Part shown: piece after piece, positions 36,960-51,082 of the stretch
Layout of the letters: every line of letters begins with the position of its first letter
Numbering within the stretch: the stretch's first letter is position 1
Source: Prasinococcaceae sp. CCMP 1430
Taxonomy: Eukaryota; Plantae; Prasinodermophyta
DNA: 64,000 nt
Direction: 5' to 3'
Assembly (NCBI GenBank): GCA_013416795.1
Contig: RQSC01000028.1
Span: forward strand, 689,105 to 753,104
Translations under genes and position numbers: made by a program
The notes under the pieces: generated by a model
Seen by the model: the letters and a program-made list of their open reading frames with translations, nothing else
Told to the model about the DNA's origin: nothing
The model's database searches: none

Positions 36960-37410
36960 CGGTATCAACCCTAACCATATATGGGGTTTACTGTAGTAGG
37001 GTTTGAATAATATATCAAAGCACATTCGCCGTTGGAAAAGGCGCCCCGCGCGCCGCCGAAAAGCGCGCCGCCTCGGAGGGCGCATCCCAAACCCTAACAT
37101 TGTATTGGGGTTAACTCAATAGGGTCTATATGCAACGTCAAAGCGCATTCGCGCGTCGGCAGAGGGCGCCCCGAAAAGGCGACCCGCCGCGGGGCCCGGA
37201 AAAGCGCGTGCCAAACCTTAACACTGTATTGGGTTGATATTATTAGGGTCTGTGCGCCACATCGACGCCGCACGGCGCCACATCAAAGCCGAAAAGCGCA
37301 TTCCAAACCTTAACATTGTGTTAGGTATGCCTCCATAGGGTCTATATCTCACGTCACAGCGCTTTCGCGCGTCGGTGCATAGTCGCCCCCGAAAAGCGCG
37401 AAAAAGCGTG
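36960..37410. repeat. Degenerate ~90-125-bp tandem repeat (4 units) with telo-box-like arms
   Basis: AACC(C/T)TAAC...TAGGGT...GAAAAGCGC units at about 36967, 37089, 37214, 37306. Confidence 0.75.
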
Positions 37411-37499
37411 CCCCTTCGCGCGGTTCGGGACAGATCTCAGATATTTATGCGAAAAAAGATCGTGTGCGCGCAGCTGTCAGCGCGCGCAGGCGCTGCTGT

Positions 37500-37537
37500 G
37501 CGTGTGTGTGTGTGTGTGTGTGTGCGTGCGCGCGCGC

Positions 37538-37580
<43 letters not shown>

Positions 37581-37779
37581 CGCGCGCTGTGCGTGTGTGT
37601 GTGTGCGCTGCGTGTGTGTGTGTGTGCGTGTGCGTGTGCGTGTGCGTGCGTGCGTGTGTGTGTGCGCGCGTGCCACTCGAGCGGCGGGGCGCGCGCTCCT
37701 TGCAGCGCGGGGCGTGCGTGTGTGCGAGTGCGTGTGCGTGTGCGCGTGTGTGCGCGTGCGCGTGCGTGTGTGTGTGCGC

Positions 37780-37834
<55 letters not shown>

Positions 37835-38065
37835 NNNNNNNNNNNNNNNNNNNNNNNNNNNNNNNNNNNNNNNNNNNNNNNNNNNNNNNNNNNNNNNNNN
37901 NNNNNNNNNNNNNNNNNNNNNNNNNNNNNNNNNNNNNNNNNNNNNNNNNNNNNNNNNNNNNNNNNNNNNNNNNNNNNNNNNNNNNNNNNNNNNNNNNNNN
38001 NNNNNNNNNNNNNNNNNNNNNNNNNNNNNNNNNNNNNNNNNNNNNNNNNNNNNNNNNNNNNNNNN

Positions 38066-38130
<65 letters not shown>
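37500..38130. repeat. Representative (GT)n/(CA)n microsatellite block around a gap; similar blocks in most introns
   Basis: Direct reading; also 13080-13180, 31080-31170, 32510-32670, 41385-41560, 46280-46770, 61540-61690. Confidence 0.95.
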
Positions 38131-38133
<3 letters not shown>

Positions 38134-38739
38134 GTCTGACACTCGCGCGGTGCGCGCCACGCAGCGCTGGGCGGAGGGCGAGAGCAACGAGGTGAGCCTC
38201 CCCGCCGACGTGCCCGGCGGGCGCGTGGGCGTCTTCCTGTGCGTGCTGCACTGCTACAAGTACGACGCCGTCGCGGAGGCGGTGCGCCGCGGCGCGCTGC
38301 TGCAGCTGCTCGCCGCCGCCGAGTACCTGCAGTTCGAGCTCGACCAGGACGACGAGAGCAACGCCGAGAGCAGCGACGCCAACGGCGCGGCGGACGGCGA
38401 CGAGGGCGTCGACAAGGGCGTGGCGGGCCTGAGCGCCCTCGTGCGGCGCGCGCAGGCGGCGCTGCGCGCCGAGCTGGAGCGCGGCGGCGCCGAGGGCGCC
38501 GCGGCCGCGCTGCTGGTGAGCGCGCGGGCCGACGCGGCGGGAGCCGTCGCGGACAGCGACAGCGGCGTGGACGCCGTGGAGGCCTGCTTCGACGCCCTCG
38601 TCGGTGCGCTGGACGCCGAGGCGGAGACGGAGGTGCGGGCGCGCGCGCGCGCGCGCGCACGTGCGCCGTGATCCCCGCGAGACAGCCAATGCGCGCACGC
38701 GCTCACGCCTGCGCCCACGCGCACACACACACACACACG

Positions 38740-38795
<56 letters not shown>

Positions 38796-38859
38796 NNNNN
38801 NNNNNNNNNNNNNNNNNNNNNNNNNNNNNNNNNNNNNNNNNNNNNNNNNNNNNNNNNNN

Positions 38860-38950
<91 letters not shown>

Positions 38951-39566
38951 ATACACTCACTCATACACACACACACACGCACGCGCGCAGGCCGCGCGCG
39001 GCGACGCGATGGCGCTGGTGGCGCCCCTCGTTCAGGAGATGCCCGTGGGGCTGTGGCTGGGCCTGCTCGAGGCGGACGCCGCGCGCGCCCCGCACGAGCA
39101 CGAGCGCCGCGCGCGCCTCGCGGGCTCGCTGCTCGCCGCCCGCGTGGACGTCATGCGCGAGGCCGACGCCGAGGACCTCAGGGCCGTCATGGAGTTCGTG
39201 CAGGCCGCCCACACGGGCGCCGGCGCCGGCGCGGGCGCGGGCGCGGAGGGCAGCGAGGAGCAGCGGGAGCGGGCGAGGGCGAGGGAGCGGGCGAGGGAGG
39301 CGGAGAGGTCCAAGGCCAGCGAGGCCGAGGCCAAGCTCACCGACGCGCTGGCGAGGGTCGCCGAGCTCGAGGGCAGGCTCAAGAGGTTCGAGATCCCGCG
39401 CCCCAGCTTCAACTTCAACCGCGACAGCAACAGCGGCAACAGCGGCAACACCAACCGCGCCAGCAACAACAGCAACAAGAAGAAGCTGTACGAGGAGCTG
39501 CTGAGCGACTGCTCCCTGGGCGCCCACCTCGGCGCCGCCGCCGCGGAGATCCTCAGCTTCTCGTAG
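38134..39566 (+). CDS. BTB/POZ-like domain protein with coiled-coil tail (5' part in gap)
   Basis: FLCVLHCYKY...LLQLLAAAEYLQF; second exon from about 38990 ends KKKLYEELLSDCSLG...SFS*. Confidence 0.65.
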
Positions 39567-39631
39567 GCCCCCGCGCGCACGGAAGAGAGGCGCGGCGCGG
39601 AGTTCTCCGCGTTCGTCGTCGCAGGCGGAAG

Positions 39632-39674
<43 letters not shown>

Positions 39675-40041
39675 GGAGGTGGGCATTGGGCATTGGACAC
39701 GTGATTGTAGTGGACATTGAAGGCCACACTGTAGTAGTGTGACAGCCAGGTTTACTCTCGCGGCGTCGCTTTCGTGCGGCGCGGCGCGGCGTTGTGTGTG
39801 GGACATGTGGTGTGTGTGTGTGGCGTGGTGTGTGTGTGTGTATGTGTGGTGTAGTGCATAGGATGGTGTGTGTTGCGATGTGTGTGTGTGTGTGGCGCGC
39901 GGTGTGTGGTGCGGCGTGGCGTGGCGTTGTGCCTGGTGTGGTGTGTGGCGCGGTGTGGTGTGTGGTGTGGTGTGTGTGGTACGGTATGGCGTGTTGTGTG
40001 ATGTGTGATGTGGTGTGTGGTGTGTGGCGTGTGGCAAGCCC

Positions 40042-41860
<1,819 letters not shown>

Positions 41861-41935
41861 TGTTCGCGCGTGTTTGCGTTCGGGTGCGTGTGTGCGCGCG
41901 TGTGTGTCAGCTTGCGCCAGCGCATGCGTGCGCAT

Positions 41936-41978
<43 letters not shown>

Positions 41979-42956
41979 AACACAAACACGCACACACACA
42001 CATACGCACACACACACACACGCACACACAAACTACGCGGACACACACACAAACACGCACACACACACGCGCGCACACACATGAGCGCGTGCACACACAC
42101 CACGCGCGCACACACACACACACACGCACACACTCACAGTGTGCGTCGCCTGCGCCGCGCCGCGGCGAGGATGCGCGGCGCGGCACCCGCCTGCGCGCGC
42201 GGTAGCGCTCGACGAGCGTGCCGAGCGCGAACGCGCCGNNNNNNNNNNNNNNNNNNNNNNNNNNNNNNNNNNNNNNNNNNNNNNNNNNNNNNNNNNNNNN
42301 NNNNNNNNNNNNNNNNNNNNNNNNNNNNNNNNNNNNNNNNNNNNNNNNNNNNNNNNNNNNNNNNNNNNNNNNNNNNNNNNNNNNNNNNNNNNNNNNNNNN
42401 NNNNNNNNNNNNNNNNNNNNNNNNNNNNNNNNNNNNNNNNNNNNNNNNNNNNNNNNNNNNNNNNNNNNNNNNNNNNNNNNNNNNNNNNNNNNNNNNNNNN
42501 NNNNNNNNNNNNNNNNNNNNNNNNNNNNNNNNNNNNNNNNNNNNNNNNNNNNNNNNNNNNNNNNNNNNNNNNNNNNNNNNNNNNNNNNNNNNNNNNNNNN
42601 NNNNNNNNNNNNNNNNNNNNNNNNNNNNNNNNNNNNNNNNNNNNNNNNNNNNNNNNNNNNNNNNNNNNNNNNNNNNNNNNNNNNNNNNNNNNGCGAGGGC
42701 GCGCGAGGACGCGCGCGCGAGCGAGCGAGCCAGCCAGCCAGCCAGCCAAGCGGCCGGCCAGCGAGCGGGCGAGCGCACAAGCGCGCGTGCACGTGCGCTC
42801 TGACGTGCGCGGAGGCGTAGGCGCAGGTGCGCGCACGCGTGTGCGCGTACGTAGATGCGCGCACGCGCTGACGCCTGCGCCACTCCCCATCCCTGCCCTT
42901 CCATCCTCGCGCCCTCCCCGTCCGCAACTGCGCCGCCGACGCCGCGGCCGACGCAG

Positions 42957-43648
42957 GTGCTCGTGGGGTTGATAAGACGCCTCGGGGGCGGCGGCGGCGC
43001 GACCGGCGAGGAAAAGTGCGCGCGCAGAGCGGCTCGTGCGCGCGGCGCGTGCGCAGCGCCCTTCGCCCTTTGCCCCGCCACGACCACGCTCTGCGCGCGC
43101 GCGCACGCGCGGGCGCAGGCGCTGCGCGCGAGCGAGCGAGCGTGGCAGCGCGTGCGCCGAGCTCCCTCTGCGCCGGCGGGTCGCTCACACTCGCGCGGCT
43201 GCGCGCGCGCAGGGTGGACACCAGCGGGGCGCTGTCCGCCGAGCGGCGCGCGGCGGCCGAGACGGCGATCTTCGGCGCGGACGAGGTCGCCAAGCACAAC
43301 TCGCGCGACGACTGCTGGCTGATTATAGAGGGGAAGGTGTACGACATCACCGAGTGCGTCGCGCACGGCCCAGCCCGACCGCAGACGCGCCCGCGCTGGC
43401 GCGGGGCCGTGCGCGCGCGCCACCGCGCGCCCGCGCGGCGGTGCGCCCAAGCGCTCTCCTGCTCGAGCAACTGACACGTGTGCCCATCCGCCGATGCCAA
43501 TCGCAGCTACGTGGACGAGCATCCCGGCGGCGACGCAATCTTGAACAACGCGGGCGGCGACGCCACGGAGGGCTTCAAGGGGCCGCAGCATCCTACGCGC
43601 GTGTGGGACGAGCTCGAGGAGTACTGGGTGGGCACGCTGGCCAAGTGA
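42957..43648 (+). CDS. CYB5: Cytochrome b5 (5' part in gap); intron 43354-43506
   Basis: EVAKHNSRDDCWLIIEGKVYDITE|YVDEHPGGDAIL..AGGDATEGF..QH. Confidence 0.95.
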
Positions 43649-43763
43649 GGGCGGCGATGTGGCCAAGCTGGCGCGCGATTGAGCGCGGCGTATCGCGCGC
43701 TCCGCTCGTGCGCGTACTAATGTAAGGGCTGGGGCTAGGGTAATACAAGTGCGCTCGTGTACT

Positions 43764-46250
43764 TTACAGTGCCTGCGGCGGCCGCACCGGCGCCCGCTCG
43801 GGTGAGCCCGGCAGCGACGGCGTCGGTGAGTGAGCGCCCACGGCGGTGCGCACGCGCTTCACGGCCGTGGTCGCTGCGGCGCGCACGTCCGCGCGCACGT
43901 CCGCCTGAAGTGCGAAGAGCCCCAGGAGGAGCAGCCCGCGGCCGTCGTTGAAGGCCATCGCGAAGATCAGCGCGAGATAGAGCTTGCTTTCCTGCACGTC
44001 CGTGCCGACGTAGTTGCTCACGTTGAGCGCCATCTGGAGCATGACGTCCAGCATGAGGATCACCAGATACACCTGCGTGCGCATGCGCGTGGGCACGTAC
44101 GCCACCTCGTTTCGCACGTCGTCCGCGCGCTGCGCCCACTCCCACTCCTGCGAGTGACGGTCGGCGACGCCGTCCCTCCCCAGCCCCGCAGGCGTTGGCG
44201 CCGCGCGCCCCCGCGCGTGCGGCAGCGCAGTCGGGCGCGCGTGCAGCCCCGCCACGGCGGACTCAACGTCGTGCAGCGAGGGCGGCACGTACGAGACGGG
44301 GAGCAGCTGCGTGCCCTCAGCTTCCACTTGGTCAGGCCCCACGCCGTAGCGTCCCGCGCCAACGTTTGGCGTCGCCACGCCGGCGTCTGCCCCCGCAGAG
44401 ACGTCGAGCTCGACCAGATCGGCGAAGGACCCGAAAGACGCGCTCGCCCGCCGCTTGTGCTCGCGGCGCATGCGAAACTCGGCGCACACCAGCAGCAGCC
44501 CCACGCACGCAAGGAGCATCGAGTCGTACGCGAGCGTCACCGCCGTCTGCGCGCGCCCGTACGCAACGTAGCAAGGCTCGTGGGCGCTGCTTGCCGCGGC
44601 GCGCGGGTCGTCAGGCGCGTCGGGCACGCCCCACAGCCGCAGCGGTAAGTTGATCGCCAGCGAGACTGTCCACAGCGCGGCGTGCGTGCGCCAGGCGGGG
44701 GAGAGCACCACGCGCGGGTACGCCGAGAGCGCGAGCAGTGCGGGCGCGAGCAGCGCGCTCGAGCAGCGCGCGAGCACGCGCGCGACGTTCTCGACGGCGT
44801 AGATGTCCTCGCGGGCGAGCATGTGCGCCTGGCCGTGGGGCACAATCAAGCACGACATGAAGGACGTGTCGAAGAGGAGCTGGTAGGCCGCGGCGACCAC
44901 CACCGTGGCGTGCACGCCGCGCGTGCGCCAGCGCGGCGAGAGCGACGCCGCGGTGAGCAGGTACGCGCACGCTGCGGCGCTGAGGGCGTGGCACCACACG
45001 CGGAACGCGCCCACGGCCTCCCCGAGCGACTCAAGCGACGCGTCCGTGAGCATGAGCGACTGCACGAGCATGAGCGGCGCCGAGGCCACCAGGCAGAGCA
45101 CCACGTACAGCGCGATCGTCGTGGGGTGCACCGCGTACTGCCGCGCGTACACGAAGACCGACGGCGCCACGGGGATGCAGCCGTACACCAGCGCAAACAT
45201 CTTGCAGTTGGCGCTCAGGCCGGGCATGAAGGCGGCCACCTCCCGCGAGACCACCGGCAGCACCACCAGCTTGAGCACGGCCAGCCACAGCGGCAGCAGC
45301 ATGGCGGACATCTTGCTGCCCGCTTGGCCGACCTTCCCATACATCGAGGCGCCCAGCAGGAACAGCGAGGTGGGCGCGAAGCTCGCGGCCACCATGGTGC
45401 ACAGCGAGTCGAAGAACGGCGGCAGCGTCCTGCCCAGGGCGGCGTTGTAGAGCACGCCGAGCAGCGCGCCCAGCACGAGCGGGTTCACCAGCGTGCGCCC
45501 GAGCAGCGGCAGGAGCAGCGACCGCCGCCGCCGCCGCCGCGGGCGACGTTCGCTGGGCAACTGCCCGCCCAGCAGCAGCTGCGCCTCCTCGTTTCCTCCC
45601 CCCAGCCCCTCCTCCTCGCGCTCCTCCCGCGCGGCGTCCGCCTTGGCCTGCCCCAGCTCCATGAGCGCGTAGCCCAGCGGGTTGAGCAGCAACATCTGCG
45701 GTATCGCAATGAGGTAGAGGTAGACCTCGTAGCCGCCGCCGGGCAGGAGCGACGCGACGAGCGGCAGGCCGATGGGCAGGTCGTTGGACTGCGTGGCCGC
45801 TATTCCCCACATGCCCGCCTTCTTCAGGCGCTCGGCGCGGGCGAGCGCCTCGCCGAGCGCGGCGCCCTCGGGCGACGCCGCCGCGGCGGCGTCGACGTCG
45901 GCGCTCGAGCCGAAGAGCGCCGCGGAGAGCGCCGCGAGCGCGAAGACGAGCGCCTTGCCCAGCGTGAGCGTGCTCAGCAGCTCCCAGCCGATGCCGTGCA
46001 GGTCCACCTGCGTCGCGAGCGCCAGGAAGAGCGTCACCGGGAGCGCGAACGACGCCACGTACGCGCCCAGGCCGCGCTCGAGCGTCTCGGCGCCGGGCGC
46101 GCCCCGCCAGCGCACGAAGTAGCCCAGCGCGACGACGAGCAGCACGTTGCCCAGCGCGCGCACCAGCCCCACGTACGACGCGTGCGCCGCCGCGCCCGCC
46201 GCCAGGTCCGCCGCGGACGCGTGCGCCATCAGCATCACCGGCGCGTCCAT
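43764..46250 (-). CDS. GPR155: GPR155/LYCHOS-like protein: PIN/AEC transporter domain followed by a GPCR-like multi-TM domain; no DEP domain
   Basis: ATQSNDLPIGLPLV, YLYLIAIPQMLLLNPLGYALMEL, NPLVLGALLGVLYN, LCLVASAPLM, KLYLAL.F.MAFNDGRGLLLLGLFAL. Confidence 0.85.
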   Translation of the reverse strand: MDAPVMLMAHASAADLAAGAAAHASYVGLVRALGNVLLVVALGYFVRWRGAPGAETLERGLGAYVASFALPVTLFLALATQVDLHGIGWELLSTLTLGKALVFALAALSAALFGSSADVDAAAAASPEGAALGEALARAERLKKAGMWGIAATQSNDLPIGLPLVASLLPGGGYEVYLYLIAIPQMLLLNPLGYALMELGQAKADAAREEREEEGLGGGNEEAQLLLGGQLPSERRPRRRRRRSLLLPLLGRTLVNPLVLGALLGVLYNAALGRTLPPFFDSLCTMVAASFAPTSLFLLGASMYGKVGQAGSKMSAMLLPLWLAVLKLVVLPVVSREVAAFMPGLSANCKMFALVYGCIPVAPSVFVYARQYAVHPTTIALYVVLCLVASAPLMLVQSLMLTDASLESLGEAVGAFRVWCHALSAAACAYLLTAASLSPRWRTRGVHATVVVAAAYQLLFDTSFMSCLIVPHGQAHMLAREDIYAVENVARVLARCSSALLAPALLALSAYPRVVLSPAWRTHAALWTVSLAINLPLRLWGVPDAPDDPRAAASSAHEPCYVAYGRAQTAVTLAYDSMLLACVGLLLVCAEFRMRREHKRRASASFGSFADLVELDVSAGADAGVATPNVGAGRYGVGPDQVEAEGTQLLPVSYVPPSLHDVESAVAGLHARPTALPHARGRAAPTPAGLGRDGVADRHSQEWEWAQRADDVRNEVAYVPTRMRTQVYLVILMLDVMLQMALNVSNYVGTDVQESKLYLALIFAMAFNDGRGLLLLGLFALQADVRADVRAAATTAVKRVRTAVGAHSPTPSLPGSPERAPVRPPQAL

Positions 46251-46317
46251 CCCTCAAACACACCAAGCAGGCCGAGGGTGTGTGTGTGTGTGTGTGTGCG
46301 TGTGTGTGTGTGTGTGC

Positions 46318-46378
<61 letters not shown>

Positions 46379-46713
46379 GCCCCCGCCGCTGACGCCGCGC
46401 GCGCGCGCGCGCGCGCCACGCGCCGCTTCGCGGATAGCACCATCAAAACGCATTGCAAAAAGGCGCAAACCTCAACCTTACACCTTTTTTGTCATATCAC
46501 ATCACATGCAAATTACGGACAGTAGACCCTGTCTATTTACCCCAATTACACACGTCAGCTGGTCGTGAGTTTTTTATCCGTGAGGCGCGTGGCGGCGACA
46601 CGTCAGCGATGGGCGCGCGTGCGCCTGCGTGTGTGTGTGTGTGTGGCGTGTGTGTGTGTGTGTGTGTGTGTGCGTGTGTGGCGTGTGTGTGTGTGTGTGG
46701 CGTGTGTGTGTGC

Positions 46714-46771
<58 letters not shown>

Positions 46772-46792
46772 CCCGCGCGCGCCGCCGCGCGG

Positions 46793-47856
46793 ATGGGCGC
46801 CTTCCACGAGCTCTCCGACACCACCGCCGCGGGCGAGGCGCTCGACTTCGCCAGCCTCAAGGGGCGCGCGGTGCTCGTCACCAACGTCGCGTCGCGCTGA
46901 GGCGCGACGGCGCGGAACTACTCGCAGTTTGCGCAGCTCGAGGAGAAGTGCGTGCGCGCGCGCGTGCTCGTGTGTGTGTGTGTGTGTGTGTGTGGAGGAG
47001 AAGGAGGCGGGGAAGGATGCAGGCGCACGCATGCACGCGCGTGTGCTGACCTCTTTCCCGACCTTCACACTCGTTGCACACACACAAAAACACACACACA
47101 CACGCGCGCGCGCACACTCACACACACACGCACACACGCACGCACAAACACACGCGCACGCGCAGCGCGTGTGCGTGTGCGTGTGCGTGTGCGTGTGCGT
47201 GTGCGTGTGCGTGTGCGTGTGTGCCCGCAGGTTCGGCGACAAGCTTGCCATCCTGGCGTACCCTTGCGACCAGTTCGGCGGGCAGGAGCTCGCGTCCGAC
47301 GCCGACGTGCAGGCGTTCGCCGCGGGCAAGGGCCTCACCGGCAAGAGCTTCACGCTCATGAAGCGCGCCGACGTCAACGGCGGCGGCGCGTCGCCCGTGT
47401 GGAGCATGCTCAAGGGGGCGTGCGACACCTGCGACGGGGACGTGGTGCGTGTGGGCGCGCGGGCGTGTGTGTGTGTGTAGTCACTGGACCCTCCGTGTGT
47501 GTGTGTGTGTACTTGCATGTGTGTAGGAGGCGTGTGTGTGTGCGTGCGTGTGCGTGCGTGTGGACGCCCTGAGTGCCGTGTGTGTGTGTGCTCGTGGGGT
47601 GCACGCGCGCATGCGTGTGTGTGTGTGTGTGTGTGCATGCACGCGCGTGCGTGTGTGTGTGCGCTCGTGTGCATGCGAGCGTGCGCGCGTGCGCGCGCGT
47701 GTGCGAAGCGGGCGCTCACGCACGCACCCGCGCCCGCGCGCGCCCGCGCAGCGCTGGAACTTCGCCGCCAAGTTCTACGTCGACAAGGAGGGCAACGTCG
47801 TGGAGCGCTCCGGCGACAACGACGCGGCGCTCATCGAAAAGCTCGTGTCGGCCTAG
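46793..47856 (+). CDS. GPX: Selenocysteine glutathione peroxidase; exons 46793-46947, 47231-47444, 47752-47856; UGA(Sec) at 46898-46900
   Basis: [17 protein letters not shown]; [11 protein letters not shown]; [19 protein letters not shown]. Confidence 0.93.
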
Positions 47857-47980
47857 GCCTGCTCACACACCCACGCACACACACGTGCGCACACACACGT
47901 GTGCGTACGCACAGTGACCACACACACGCACACACACGCACACGCACGCGCGCTCGCACACGCACGCGCGCGCAGCAAGC

Positions 47981-48030
47981 ACCATGACGGCGCCGGCGGC
48001 AAGGCGCACGCCTCGCCGGCCGCCCGACCG
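47981..48030 (+). promoter_or_regulatory. SECIS element in the GPX 3' UTR
   Basis: ATGA core 47984-47987; helix GGCGCCGGCG/CGCCGGC(C)GCC; unpaired AA 48001-48002; GGCG/CGCC mini-stem; 3' GA 48026-48027. Confidence 0.8.
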
Positions 48031-48237
48031 CGCCCCGCAGCACACACGCGCATGTGCGCGCGGGGGCCCTTGCTGCGCGCGCACGCATGCGCGCACGTAA
48101 AACCATCCGCACACGCAAAGCACCCACTCTCGCGCGTGGAGGTGCGCGAACGTACGCGCGCTTGCAGTCACAAACGCACACATGCGTACACATACACACG
48201 CGTGGTCAATGCACGCTAGCGCGTATACACACTGTCG

Positions 48238-48291
<54 letters not shown>

Positions 48292-48295
48292 CAAA

Positions 48296-48364
<69 letters not shown>

Positions 48365-48545
48365 AAACACACACACACACACACACACACGTCTGGCACA
48401 TGCTTGCACGTACACACCCCGCAGTGAGAGCGCATTATCGTACACCTCATTACAGCATCTCCTGGCACAGCTCGGTCGCCCTCGACCGCCGCATCGACGT
48501 GTGTCGGCGCGTCTCGCTCGTGGCGCGTACGCGCGAGCCACCGCA

Positions 48546-50218
48546 TCACCCCGCGCGGTGGCTGCCCTCCCTCCACGCGCGGTACTCGACCTCGGGCAGG
48601 TGCCTCAGCCAGAAGGCGAGCACCTCGTCGGCGTGCTCCGCGGTGAACTCGTGCGCCGCCCAGGCGACGTTGAGGGCCTCGGAGAGCGGCGAGGCGTCGG
48701 CGGCGAGGCCGTCGGCGGCGGAGGGCGGCGCGGCGCCCGCGGAGCGAAGCGCCTCGCGCCACCGCGAGGCTCGCGGGTCCTCTGCGCGGAGCGCGGGGTC
48801 GGGGGCGCGACGTGTGCGCGATGAGCGGGAGGTGTGGGAGGGAGAGGGCAGCGCGGAGTGAGCGAGCGGTGCGACGCGAAGCGCGGCTGCGGTGGGGAGG
48901 AGCGCTCGTGCACACGCCGCGCGAGGGCGCGCTTCACACGCGCGGGCGCGCTGCCCTGCCGCTCGCTCGCTCGCGCAGACGCACGCAGGAGGAAGCCGTC
49001 CGCGTCGACCATCCCCGCCGCGGCGAGCGCCTCGGCGACCCTCTGCGCCGCCGCGCTCGCCCCGCCGCGCGCGTCCTCGCCCGTGCGCCCGCCTGCACGC
49101 GAGCGCATGCGCGCCGCGAGGAAGGCCGCAGTGACGGCCTTGGGCATGGCGGCGAACGACGCCACGGGCACGCCGAGCCGCTCGAGCCGCTCGACGGCCA
49201 CGTCGACCTCACCGGCCGTGCGCTCATCCCTGGGCATGTGCACGAAGGCCACCGGCGGGTAGGACGCCGTGATGGTCTTCTCGACGCTCGGCACGCTCGA
49301 TATCTGCACGCCGAGGCCGCGCAGGCGCAGCGGGAAGGCGCTCGGCCCGCCCCCCGCCGGTGGCAGCCACGCCGGCGCGGTGGAGACGAACGCGCCGCCG
49401 GAGGACGCCCCCACGGCGAAGAGGGGCAGCCCCACCCAGCGTTCGCGCCGCGCGACCTCGGCGAGCGCGCGCGCCACGGGGGGCGCGTCGGACGCGCGCC
49501 AGCAGCGGGAGCCCTCCCTGTCGCCGCTCGAAACGGCCACCACCGCGAGCCTGCGCGCGAGCGCTGCGCGCGCCCACGCGGCCTCCTCGGGCAGGTCGGC
49601 GCCCGCAACAAAGACGTCGCGCGCACTGTGCGAGCACCCGTGGGCGATGAACACCACGGCGGCGGGGCGGAGCGCCAAGGGGGACGCCCAGCCTGCGCGG
49701 AAGAGCGACAGAGGGGGGAGAGGGTGTGGTTGTGTGTGTGCCCGTGCGTGGGTGCGTGGGTGCGTGCGCGTGCGCGCGTCCGCATTGCACGCGCACAATC
49801 CCGCGAGCGACCGTGTGCGTCAGGACGGGGACGGACGAGAACGCACGCAATCGCCGCAATGCCGCACGCGCCAGTGCCACCACGGGCCGATAGAAGCGCG
49901 CGCCGCGCGGTCCGCGGAGAGCTCACCCGCCTCGAGGCCGCTGCCGCCCACGTCCTGCTCGAACGTGTACGCCGCAAGCGCGTCGGCCGCGCCGTAGCCG
50001 CCCCTGCGCGCGAGCGACCAGAACGCGCCGCCCCCGCTGTGGTGATGCCCTCCATCCCCGCCACCGCCACTGCCGCCACCGCCGCTGCCCGCGAAGAGCC
50101 ACGCGGCGAGGACGTAGAGCACGCCGAGGAAGAACGCCCAGCTGCAGCACGCAGTCACCGCGAGGCGCGTGCGCACCGCACGCAGCTGCTCGGGCGTAAG
50201 CTTGGAGAGCTCGGGCAT
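48546..50218 (-). CDS. Membrane-anchored alpha/beta-hydrolase-fold protein (2 probable introns)
   Basis: N-terminal TM; FIAHGCSHS, LPEE, nucleophile elbow AVGASSGGAF, FVHMPRD; C-terminal EFTAEHADEVLAFW. Confidence 0.7.
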
Positions 50219-51082
50219 GGCGCGCGTGTGCGAGGGGCTGGTGGGCGGAGAGGCGGAGGGAGGTGACGTGGGGCGATGCTCACGGCTCGAGCGCGCGTGA
50301 ACGTGCGCGTGCTGCTGCACGCCACGCCTCCGCGTGTGCGAGCCCTCCTCGCACACACCCCGCGCATGCACGCGCGCACCCCTTCGCAATCAGCCACGCG
50401 GGCGGCGAGCCGCGGCCACGCAGATGGCGCGCGCGGCGCGACCTCGGCGCTCGCTCTGGCGCGAGGCAAGGCAAGGCGAGGCGCCGCGCGAGTCTGGCGG
50501 CCGCGGGAGCGAGCGTTGGCGCCAGCGCGCCGTGCGAGCAGTGGCGCGCATGTCGCGCGCGGGCGCTCGAGCGCGCCGCGAAAAAAAGCACCGGCGGCGT
50601 GGGCGCGCGAGCTCGCCACTCCGCGCGCGCCCCGAGTGCGCCTTCTCCCGCTCTGAGGCGCCATGCCTGCTCGCGCCGAGCAGGCATGGCGCCTCCCCCT
50701 CCGCGCATGGCGCTCCTGCGCTGTACGTGCTGTACTGTACAGAAGGTGCAGTGCCGTAGCCTGCACCCTCACTCGCATGCGCCCCCGCCTCGAGTGCCAT
50801 TCTCAGGCGGACGTGCGCGCGCGACGAGTGCGCTGGGGAGGAGGGCCGTCGCGGAATGCGCAGACAAACACCAACACCGCCGCGCGGCGCCTGCCAGTGC
50901 GCCAAGGAGATGGCGTTACAACGCGGCGGCCATGCCTGGAGTCATAGGGGCGCACCGGTGTCGCAAACTCGTTGCTAATACTTGTAGTGGTGCTGTAGTG
51001 CCCAGGCTGTAGGAGGAGACTCGCGTGCGCACTGCGCTGGATTTCGAACGCCAAGGTTGCGAAGCGCATCATCGGAGCCCGT

